Below are positions 56,645-64,000 of a stretch of DNA of 64,000 bases, in pieces. A model generated the notes under the pieces. That model made no database searches. It saw only the letters and a program-made list of their open reading frames with translations, and was not told the DNA's origin. Each line of letters opens with the position of its first letter. The first letter of the stretch is position 1. The position numbers and the translations under genes were made by a program. The DNA comes from a bacterium (GTDB taxonomy: Bacteria > UBA8248). Location of the stretch: positions 2,336,001 to 2,400,000 of the forward strand of contig OY843592.1 in assembly GCA_963692865.2 (NCBI GenBank), written 5' to 3'.

Positions 56645-57682
56645 ATGAAATTCTCGATTTTTTACGTGATTTGCCCCGAGGGGGATGAATCGGAAGCCGA
56701 CGCCTACCGGAAGGTGATGGAACAATGTCAGGCGGCGGATGAACTCGGCTACCACTGCGCCTGGTTCGCGGAGCACCATTTCTCCAAAGTGGGCATGTGC
56801 CCGGACCCCTTGCTCTGGTGCGCGGCGCTGGCGCAGAAGACGAAGAACATCCGCCTGGGGACGGCGATCTCCATCATGCCCTTCCATAACCCGGTGCGTC
56901 TGGCCGAGCAGGCGGCGGTGGTCGATCTGTTGAGCGGCGGGCGGCTCGAACTCGGCGTGGGGCGGGGTTCCCAGCCCAAGGAGTTCAAGACGTTCGGCGC
57001 GAAACCCTCCGAGAGCAGAAAGCGGCTCGTCGAGGGAATGGAGATCGTATCCAGGCTACTGGAAGGCGAGCAGGTGACCTTCGAGGGCGAGTATTATCAG
57101 TGCCAGGACGTGGAAATCTTCCCCAAGCCCCTCCAGAAGCCGAGGCCGCCCATCTGGCTGGCGGGCACGAGCCCCGAGACCTACACCTATGCGGGTGAGA
57201 ACGGCTTCAAGATCATGGCCTCGGCCGGCTTCAAGGGCCCCAAGGTCTACCGCGAGAAGATGAAGCTCTATGAAGAGGCCGTGGCGGCGAGGGGTGGAGA
57301 CCTCTCCGATATCGACTACACCATGACGCACCGCTTCTACGTCTGCGAAGACAACGAACAGGCCGATTATCTGAAAAATTTTGAAAGAGGGCTTTCCTCC
57401 TATCTCGAATACCGCGCCAGGGTGAACGAGGTGGAGTTCACCGACGAGGAGGGCAGGCACCTCCAGCGCAACTGGAGCTACAAGCTCGACGTGCGCGAGT
57501 TCCTGAACGGCGGCGGCGTCATCGGCTCCGTGGAGGAGAACATTCAGGAGCTTTACCGCCTGAGGGATGATTTCGGGCTGAACCACGTGATTCTCGGCGT
57601 GTACGGCGACGGCATGAAGCACGAGGATTCTCTCAGACTTCTGGAAAGATTCGCCAACGAGGTCGCGCCCGCGATGGCCTGA
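56645..57682 (+). CDS. LLM class (luciferase-like) flavin-dependent oxidoreductase
   Basis: WFAEHHF, IRLGTA, HNPVRLAE, DLLSGGRLELGVGRG, PKPLQKPRPPIW. Confidence 0.95.
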   Translation: MKFSIFYVICPEGDESEADAYRKVMEQCQAADELGYHCAWFAEHHFSKVGMCPDPLLWCAALAQKTKNIRLGTAISIMPFHNPVRLAEQAAVVDLLSGGRLELGVGRGSQPKEFKTFGAKPSESRKRLVEGMEIVSRLLEGEQVTFEGEYYQCQDVEIFPKPLQKPRPPIWLAGTSPETYTYAGENGFKIMASAGFKGPKVYREKMKLYEEAVAARGGDLSDIDYTMTHRFYVCEDNEQADYLKNFERGLSSYLEYRARVNEVEFTDEEGRHLQRNWSYKLDVREFLNGGGVIGSVEENIQELYRLRDDFGLNHVILGVYGDGMKHEDSLRLLERFANEVAPAMA

Positions 57683-57741
57683 CGCGCCGCTCACCCGGCG
57701 CGCCCCACCCCACGCGAGCGCAGGCCGGGGAGGGTATCCGC

Positions 57742-58167
57742 ATGACATACGTGTTCGATTGGGACGACGGCGAAAAGATTGAGATGGTGGACATCGAACT
57801 GCCCCGGGGCTGGCGCATCCTCATCGACCCCCGGAACACGAACTCCCGAATGCTCAGCATGGGGAACCAGGACATTCCCGTCGGCGGCGGAATCCCCGTC
57901 CATCTTCATGAAAAAGAAGAGGAAATCCTCTTCTTCCACGAGGGTGAAGCCGAGGTGGAGGTGGACGGCGAGGTCTACCAGGTCAAGGCGGGCATGACCG
58001 CCTTTCTGCCCGTGGGCGTGGAGCACGGCTTGAGAAACACCGGCGACGTTCCCCTGAAACTCCTTTGGTTCTTCTCACCGCCGGGATACGAGGAAATCTT
58101 CCGCCACATGGCGGACATCGACACCGACCACGGCAAGTACGAAGAACTGCACCCGAGGGAGGTGTAG
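57742..58167 (+). CDS. Cupin domain protein
   Basis: PVHLHEKEEEIL and FLPVGVEHGLRNTG. Confidence 0.92.
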   Translation: MTYVFDWDDGEKIEMVDIELPRGWRILIDPRNTNSRMLSMGNQDIPVGGGIPVHLHEKEEEILFFHEGEAEVEVDGEVYQVKAGMTAFLPVGVEHGLRNTGDVPLKLLWFFSPPGYEEIFRHMADIDTDHGKYEELHPREV

Positions 58168-58315
58168 GTTTGCATGGTGGTCAAAGTAGGGACTGCTCCA
58201 CTGATTTGAGTCAGTGTTCACGCGCAGAGAGGATGCAGTTGAGGATAGAATAAACTACCTTTAAGAGACGACAACTTAGTTCACATTAAGCAGCAGACAT
58301 TCGATATAAAGGCGC

Positions 58316-59182
58316 ATGGAAGAAATTCAAAATATAATTGCCAAGTACGATGAAGCTTATGTTCGCGATTGTATCGAGTCGGTTGATGACATCAATCGCT
58401 ATGCCTTGGCTTTCTATAAGGACGTAGCAGAGATTTACGATGCAGTAACACGCGTAAGAAATGTTCAGCGAAATCCAACGGGTTTCTCTCTCCAAGACGC
58501 ACCGATTCTTGGTCTTCTTGTAAAACATTGGAAGCTCTTTAAGCTCATGCTCAGGTTCTACGAGGAAACTAACGCCGAGTTCATTTCCATTGTAGAGAGA
58601 CCTTTAATCGAAGCTTCCGTCATAGCCACATATCTGCTGCAGCACGAAGATTCTGTAGTGGAGGATTATCGTCTTTGTTCATATAAGGGCAGACTCCGAA
58701 TATTACGAGATATTGAAAACGGTTCTCCTTTTTTCGAGACCAAGGCGGGACAGAGACTTCTTAAGTCTGTCAGAGATAAACTCGCTATTGAAGGATTAGA
58801 CGCAAATAGTTTCTCAGTTCAGAAAAAGAATAAATGGCGATTACAAGGAAAACGCTTCTATGACATCTTTGATGAGGTCGTAGGCAAAGAATTATATGCT
58901 TGCGTATATGGCATGATGTCAGAGTCAGTACACGGGTCTTGGAATGAATCAATGGACTGGGATTTAATACGAAACGAAGATGGAACTTTTTCAACTTATC
59001 CTTTTTTTCATCCCCCAGACATACGATTTGTTTCACCCACAATTCAATTCTCAACGCCCCCTTATCGTCTATGGCTCACGAGAATCGCCGTTGACGACGA
59101 ATATCTCGTTGAAGTCCTTACTTGGGTGGAGAAATTCAATGAATTTCTTTTTCGCAAGTTTGACGATCTTTTCGATGGCTAA
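58316..59182 (+). CDS. DUF5677-like protein in an AT-rich insert
   Basis: RPLIE..YLL and YGMMSESVHG motifs; composition much more AT-rich than its neighbours. Confidence 0.7.
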   Translation: MEEIQNIIAKYDEAYVRDCIESVDDINRYALAFYKDVAEIYDAVTRVRNVQRNPTGFSLQDAPILGLLVKHWKLFKLMLRFYEETNAEFISIVERPLIEASVIATYLLQHEDSVVEDYRLCSYKGRLRILRDIENGSPFFETKAGQRLLKSVRDKLAIEGLDANSFSVQKKNKWRLQGKRFYDIFDEVVGKELYACVYGMMSESVHGSWNESMDWDLIRNEDGTFSTYPFFHPPDIRFVSPTIQFSTPPYRLWLTRIAVDDEYLVEVLTWVEKFNEFLFRKFDDLFDG

Positions 59183-59366
59183 GTGATTGATTATGCTAGA
59201 AGATTTGCGAATCGTTCGTTTTATTTGGGAATGAAGCACGTGCTACTTCCCCGTCACTTCTTCAAATCAATCTTCTCTATCCAGTAGTACTGCGAGAGCG
59301 CCCTCAGGCCGGAGGGCTTGACGGAGACGAGTTCGGCCGTGGAGCCGTTCACGCCGCGCATGGGCC

Positions 59367-60203
59367 CTACTGCGCCTGCGCGATGGGCGTATCCTCGCGG
59401 TTGCCCCATTCCTTCCAGGAACTCATGTAGTTTTTCACCTTCGGGTAATCCAGGAGCCTTAAAGCGAAGTAACCGTGCGCCGCACGGTAGCCCGTCTGTC
59501 AGTAGGCGGTCACTTCTTTCTCGGGCGTGACGCCGATGGCCTCGAACTGCGCGCGAAGCTCGGCAGCAGGCTTCATCTCGCCCTCCGGCGTCAGGTGCTG
59601 CAGCCACTCCTGCCAGACCGCGCCGGGGATGATGCCGCCGCGCCTGGCGCGCACGCTCGTCGCCTCCCACTCCCCTATCGAACGGGTGTCGAGCAGCACG
59701 TGGTTGTCGTCCTCGATGGCCGCCAGCACGTCCTCGCGCGTAGCGAGTCGGTGCGGCTCGAACGCCATCTGGAAAGATGCGGCTTTGGGCGCCTCGGCGT
59801 CGCGCGTCGTCTCGAAGCCCGCCCGTTCCCATGCGCCATAGCCGCCGTCGAGCACGTGGACGTCCTTGTGGCCGAAAAGCTCCAGCATCCAGAAGCCGCG
59901 CACGCTCGTGTTGCCGACGAAATCGTCGTAGAAGACGATGGTGTTCTCGAACGAAACCCCCCGGTTCCCGAGCAGGAACGCCCACATGGAGAAGAAATTC
60001 CTCAAGGGCGCCTCGTCCGAGTCGTCGCTGTTCACGCCGTAGACGTCGAAATGCCGCGCGCCGGGGATGTGGCCCATCGTGTAGCGCTCGCCGGGGCGCG
60101 CGTCGATGATTCTCAAGTTCGGGTCGTCCATGCGCTCTTTTAATTGTTCGGCCGACCAGAGCAGGCCGGGGTTCGCATACCCTTTCGGGTTGTCGCTCGT
60201 CAT
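59367..60203 (-). CDS. Tandem-domain rhodanese/sulfurtransferase, probable selenoprotein (TGA at 59499-59501)
   Basis: IIDAR..GHIPGA, VLDGG..W, LLDTR..E, IPGA, then [34 protein letters not shown]; TGA occupies the catalytic Cys position; SD GGAGGAG; 278 aa. Confidence 0.9.
59472..59488 (-). promoter_or_regulatory. Candidate bacterial SECIS hairpin
   Basis: ACCGUGC-GGC-GCACGGU, perfect 7-bp stem beginning 10 nt after the UGA, G-containing loop. Confidence 0.7.
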
Positions 60204-60217
60204 GGTGTTCTCCTCCG

Positions 60218-60964
60218 CTAGTCCGTCCAGAAGCCGCCGTTCACGTCCACCGCCTCTCCGTTGATGTGCGCGGCCTCCTCGCTCGTGAGGAACAGGACGG
60301 TGTGCCACACGTCCTCGGGCGTCGTGAGCCTGCCCATGGGGTGCGCCTTCTCGGCGTTCACGAGCATCTCGGGCGGGGACTGGAAGTGAAGGCCCGTATC
60401 GGCCGGGCCGGGCTGGATGGTGTTGATCGTAACCCCCGTCCTGGCGAGTTCGCGCGCCAGGTTGAACGTCATGGCGAGCAGGCCCGCCTTGGCGGCGGAG
60501 TAGGTGAGGTTGGGGCCGATGCCCCCCATCTTGCCCGCGATGGACGCGAAGCTGAGGATGCGCCCCGTGCCCGAGGCCTTGAGCGCCTCGATGGTCTCCT
60601 GGATGCAGAAATACGGCGCCAGGAGGTTCACGTTCAGCACGACGTTCCAGTCTTCCTCTTCGAGTTCCATCGGCGGGCGAATCGGCATGTAGCCGGCCAC
60701 GTTCGCCAGCACGTCGCAGCCGCCCAGCCATTCGAGCGCCGCGCGCATGGTGGCGCGGATGGCGTCCACGTCGGCCAGGTCGCAGGGGAGCTTGAAGAGT
60801 TGATCGGATGGGCCTTCTATCGCGTCGAAGGCAGGGCCTTCCCTGTCGGTGGCGAAAACCCTGGCGCCGGCTTCGATATAGCCTTGCAGGATGCGCTTTC
60901 CCATCGCCCCCGCCGCGCCCGTGAGGATGACCTTCCGGCCCTGGAAATCAAAACGAATGGGCAT
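60218..60964 (-). CDS. SDR family oxidoreductase
   Basis: LTGAAGAMG, ANVAG, YSAAK, IQPG, DVNGG. Confidence 0.93.
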   Translation of the reverse strand: MPIRFDFQGRKVILTGAAGAMGKRILQGYIEAGARVFATDREGPAFDAIEGPSDQLFKLPCDLADVDAIRATMRAALEWLGGCDVLANVAGYMPIRPPMELEEEDWNVVLNVNLLAPYFCIQETIEALKASGTGRILSFASIAGKMGGIGPNLTYSAAKAGLLAMTFNLARELARTGVTINTIQPGPADTGLHFQSPPEMLVNAEKAHPMGRLTTPEDVWHTVLFLTSEEAAHINGEAVDVNGGFWTD

Positions 60965-61307
60965 TGCGTCACTCCAGTTCTTATGGTTCGGCATGAATGG
61001 AATCTATAATTCGGTTTCCGATGCGCCGGATGATACACCACATACCGAAGGTGAGAAAGCGGGCGGGGGAAGTTCTTCTGCATGGCGAAAGGCCCCATGT
61101 GCGCCGTTTTTCGGGGTTTTGTTTTGCCTGTCCAGTTGTTATAATTCGCGCATCGAAGCCAAGCGAAACGCCATCGCGTTCCGTCGAGCCCAGGTGGGAT
61201 GGCGGTGGGAGGTAATGGACGTATCTGCATATCAATCAGACAAAGGACAAGACCATAAAAGCGCCCTGCGGCATGTGGTTTGGCGCCACAAACGAGTGGA
61301 GGTTGTG

Positions 61308-63593
61308 ATGGCTGAACTCTCATACATCGGGAAAAGCGTTCCTCGCGTCGATGGGCCGGAGAAGGTGACGGGCCGGGCCATGTTCACCCTGGACCTTCAA
61401 TTGCCCAAAATGCTCCACGGGAGGCTGCTGGGAAGCCCCCTGCCGCACGCGCGGATCAAGAATATCGACACCAGCCGCGCCGAGAGGCTCCCCGGCGTCA
61501 AGCTCATCATGACGCACAAGGACATTCCCGAGGGAGTGGAGTGGGGCGTCGTGCCCGTCTGCTACGATCAGCGTCCTCTCGCCTCGGACAAGGTGCGCCA
61601 CGTGGGCGACTCGGTGGCTGCCGTCGTGGCGATTTCAGAAGACATCGCGATAGAAGCGCTCGATCTGATCGACGTGGACTACGAGGAGCTTCCCGCCGTC
61701 TTCGATCCGAGAGAAGCGATGCAGGAGGGCGCCCCCGTCATTCATGACAGGTACCCGGACAACATCGCCTTCACCAAGCACATGGAATTCGGCGAGGTGG
61801 ACCGCATGTTCGACGAGGCTCACCACGTGAGCGAGCTGGCCACATCCTCCTCGCGCCAGATGCACGGCTCTTTGGAGGCGCACGTCTCCATCGCCGAGTG
61901 GTCGCAGAAGGGCGACGTGACGGTCTACAACTCCTCGCAATGCCCGAGTCTATCGAGCCAGTATTTCTCCAAACTCCTGAAGATTCCAGAGGCCCAGATT
62001 CGCGTGATCACGAACTACGTGGGCGGAGGGTTCGGCGGAAAGGCGACGAGCAAGTTCAACATCGATTTCCTCTCCATCATCGCGGCGAAAAAGCTGGACC
62101 TTCCCGTGAAATTCTATTACACGCGCGAAGAGGAGTTCCTGCTCGGCACCCACCGGACGAAGCAGTTCCACGTCTGGCGTCTCGCCACCGACAAGGACGG
62201 CATGCTGCTCGCGCGCGACACCCGGATGGTGGTGGAAAACGGCGGCTATTCCGATTACAGCCCGGCGGTCGGCGGCATCACGGCGCACATGGGCGGTAGC
62301 ATCTACAACTACAAGGCCTATCGCCACCACGCGGACGTCGTCTGCACGAACGTCCCGCCCGGCGGCGCGATGCGCGGAATCGGCAACGCGGGCTATGCGT
62401 TCGGGTCGGAGCTCGCCATGGAGAAACACGCCGAGGAAATCGGCATGGACCCGGCGGAGTTCCGCATCAAGAACTTCGTGAGAAGGGGCGACACCACCAT
62501 CATCGGGGCCAAGATTACGAGTTGCGGCGTATCCGAGTGCGTACAGGAAGCGGTCAAGCGCGTGCCCTGGCGCGAGAAACAGCCGAGCAGCAACGGTAAA
62601 AAGCGCGGTTTCGGGCTTGCCGCGGCGGTGCACTTCACCGGAGCGCGCGCGATGGGGCCGGAAACGGCGGGCGCGTTCATCAAGATGAACAAGGACGGCA
62701 CCGTGCAGTTGCTCTCCGGCACCATCGAGATGGGCAACGGCTCGGACACCACGCTCGCGCAGATTTGCGCCGAAGCGATTGGCGTTCGGATGGAGGACGT
62801 GCGGATCATCAACGGCGATACCGCGGTGAACCCCTACGGATGGGGCGTGCGCGGAAGCCGCACGACGACCATCGACGGCGAGGCCACGCGCCTGGCGTCC
62901 GTGCAGGCGAAGAACATGCTCTTCAAGGGCGCGGCCGAGTTGCTCGAATGCGACCCGAATGACCTCGACGCGCGAGACGGCAAGATTTTCGTCACAAGCT
63001 CTCCCGAGCGGCAGGTGACCCACAGCGAAGCCTACATGAAGATATATGAAAAAGAGGGCAGCGAGGCCGTCTACACGGCGTCTTCGTACGACTCGCCGAG
63101 CGAGACGCCGGACCCCGTTACGGGCTACGGAAACTGGTCCGCCGCCTACGCCTACGGCGCCAAGGTGGCGGAAGTGGAAGTGGACACCGAAACCGGGGCG
63201 TACGAGGTCTTGCGCGTCATCAGCACGAACGACTGCGGAACCATCGTGAACCCCGCCGGCGCGCAGGGCCAGTTGGACGGCGGCGCGCTCATGGGCGTGG
63301 GCTACGCCATGATGGAGGATTTCGAGTGCGAGGACGGCATGCCGGTGAACGCGAACTGGCTCGACTACAAACTGCCCACGACCCAGGATTTGCCCGAACT
63401 CGAAGCGGTGCTCATCGAGACGGAAAATCCCTCGGGGCCTTACGGGGCAAAAGGGTTGGGCGAGATGGCGCAACTCGGGACGTCTGCGGCGATAGGCAAC
63501 GCGATCTATGACGCCGTGGGCGTGCGGATCACCTCGCTGCCGATTACGCCGGAGAAGGTGCTGGCCGCGTTGAACGAGAAGAACGGCGAATAA
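61308..63593 (+). CDS. Xanthine dehydrogenase family molybdopterin-binding subunit
   Basis: IGKSVPRVDGPEKVTG, SPLPHARI, VGGGFGGK, AMRGIG, EMGNG, GSRTT, GQLDGG, GAKGLGE; SD GGAGG. Confidence 0.95.
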   Translation: MAELSYIGKSVPRVDGPEKVTGRAMFTLDLQLPKMLHGRLLGSPLPHARIKNIDTSRAERLPGVKLIMTHKDIPEGVEWGVVPVCYDQRPLASDKVRHVGDSVAAVVAISEDIAIEALDLIDVDYEELPAVFDPREAMQEGAPVIHDRYPDNIAFTKHMEFGEVDRMFDEAHHVSELATSSSRQMHGSLEAHVSIAEWSQKGDVTVYNSSQCPSLSSQYFSKLLKIPEAQIRVITNYVGGGFGGKATSKFNIDFLSIIAAKKLDLPVKFYYTREEEFLLGTHRTKQFHVWRLATDKDGMLLARDTRMVVENGGYSDYSPAVGGITAHMGGSIYNYKAYRHHADVVCTNVPPGGAMRGIGNAGYAFGSELAMEKHAEEIGMDPAEFRIKNFVRRGDTTIIGAKITSCGVSECVQEAVKRVPWREKQPSSNGKKRGFGLAAAVHFTGARAMGPETAGAFIKMNKDGTVQLLSGTIEMGNGSDTTLAQICAEAIGVRMEDVRIINGDTAVNPYGWGVRGSRTTTIDGEATRLASVQAKNMLFKGAAELLECDPNDLDARDGKIFVTSSPERQVTHSEAYMKIYEKEGSEAVYTASSYDSPSETPDPVTGYGNWSAAYAYGAKVAEVEVDTETGAYEVLRVISTNDCGTIVNPAGAQGQLDGGALMGVGYAMMEDFECEDGMPVNANWLDYKLPTTQDLPELEAVLIETENPSGPYGAKGLGEMAQLGTSAAIGNAIYDAVGVRITSLPITPEKVLAALNEKNGE

Positions 63594-63612
63594 CGAGAGA
63601 GGGGAGAGAAAA

Positions 63613-64000
63613 ATGGCTTTTCGGCATCTACCCGCGAACAGCGCGGAGGAAACGCTCGCCGCCCTGAAGGAGCATGGCGACGACGGAAAAGTTTACGCAG
63701 GCGGCGTGGCCCTCTCGATTCTCATGAAATCGGGGGTGTACGAACCCGAGGTGTTGATAGACATCGCCGGCGCGGGCGATCTGGATTTCATCGAAGGGAC
63801 CGATAACGGCGGTATCCGGGTCGGGGCGAAGACGGTGCACCGCAAGCTCGAACTCTCCCCGCTCGTCCAGGAGCGCTTCCCGCTCCTCGCGGAAATCTTT
63901 CATAACGTGGCGACGATTCGCATCCGAAGCCAGGGAACGGTTGGCGGCAACCTGTGCTTTGCGGAACCGGCGTCTGATCCTCCCGGCGCATTTCTTGCCC
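63613..64000 (+). CDS. Xanthine dehydrogenase family FAD-binding (CoxM-like) subunit, truncated by window end
   Basis: Manual translation MAFRHLPANSAEE..KVYAGG..LIDI..IRVGA..VATIRIRSQGTVGGNLCFAEPASD; absent from the ORF track. Confidence 0.92.
   Translation, partial: MAFRHLPANSAEETLAALKEHGDDGKVYAGGVALSILMKSGVYEPEVLIDIAGAGDLDFIEGTDNGGIRVGAKTVHRKLELSPLVQERFPLLAEIFHNVATIRIRSQGTVGGNLCFAEPASDPPGAFLA

Noticed and set aside
59254-59361. 35-aa minus-strand ORF MRGVNGSTAE...IEKIDLKK after the rhodanese
   Set aside because: No SD or family motif; may be a gene-end relic but cannot be supported.
60965-61307. Moco/tungsten-cofactor riboswitch upstream of the Mo enzyme (also sought before AOR and FDH)
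   Set aside because: I could not see the conserved elements by eye; an Infernal search would be needed.
5386-63473. Many long alternative-frame or antisense ORFs (e.g. 5386-7173, 6794-9550, 35410-38238, 41615-43855, 51969-54191, 61950-63473)
   Set aside because: They overlap clearly recognisable genes and give R/A/G/P-rich sequence without motifs; expected shadows in high-GC DNA.
61308-63593. Aerobic CO dehydrogenase CoxL
   Set aside because: Lacks the AYxCSFR/AYRGAGR loop; it has AMRGIG.

Overview
64 kb of a GC-rich bacterial chromosome; the organism cannot be identified from sequence alone, and all family calls are by motif recognition, not database search. Bases 1-5421 are accessory DNA: an AT-richer island with a three-gene operon (unknown, possibly TIGR04255-like protein + N-terminally extended Xre/MbcA antitoxin + RES toxin) and a convergent NDT/TIR-like + unknown gene pair, then a DUF4338/DruA-like relic and a decayed IS256. 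The rest is metabolic: hydantoinase/oxoprolinase B+A, four SDRs, an aldehyde:ferredoxin oxidoreductase, an NAD-linked Cys-type formate dehydrogenase, three tandem EamA transporters, an 8-gene DUF4159/vWA/DUF4175/peptidase-TPR/MoxR/DUF58/BatA envelope operon, a TIM-barrel + Tm-1-like pair, an unusual flavoprotein-HIBADH-UbiX-FdrA-amidase operon, a TAXI TRAP transporter, an LLM and a xanthine-dehydrogenase-family Mo enzyme. The ORF track misses two probable selenoproteins (an AhpD-like CxxU protein and a tandem rhodanese with Sec at the catalytic site), each with a SECIS-like hairpin. Intergenic regions hold mosaics of at least three REP-like palindrome families, often bracketed by a shared GGGTTGTTGAAAAA terminal inverted repeat. 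I saw no rRNA, tRNA or CRISPR array.
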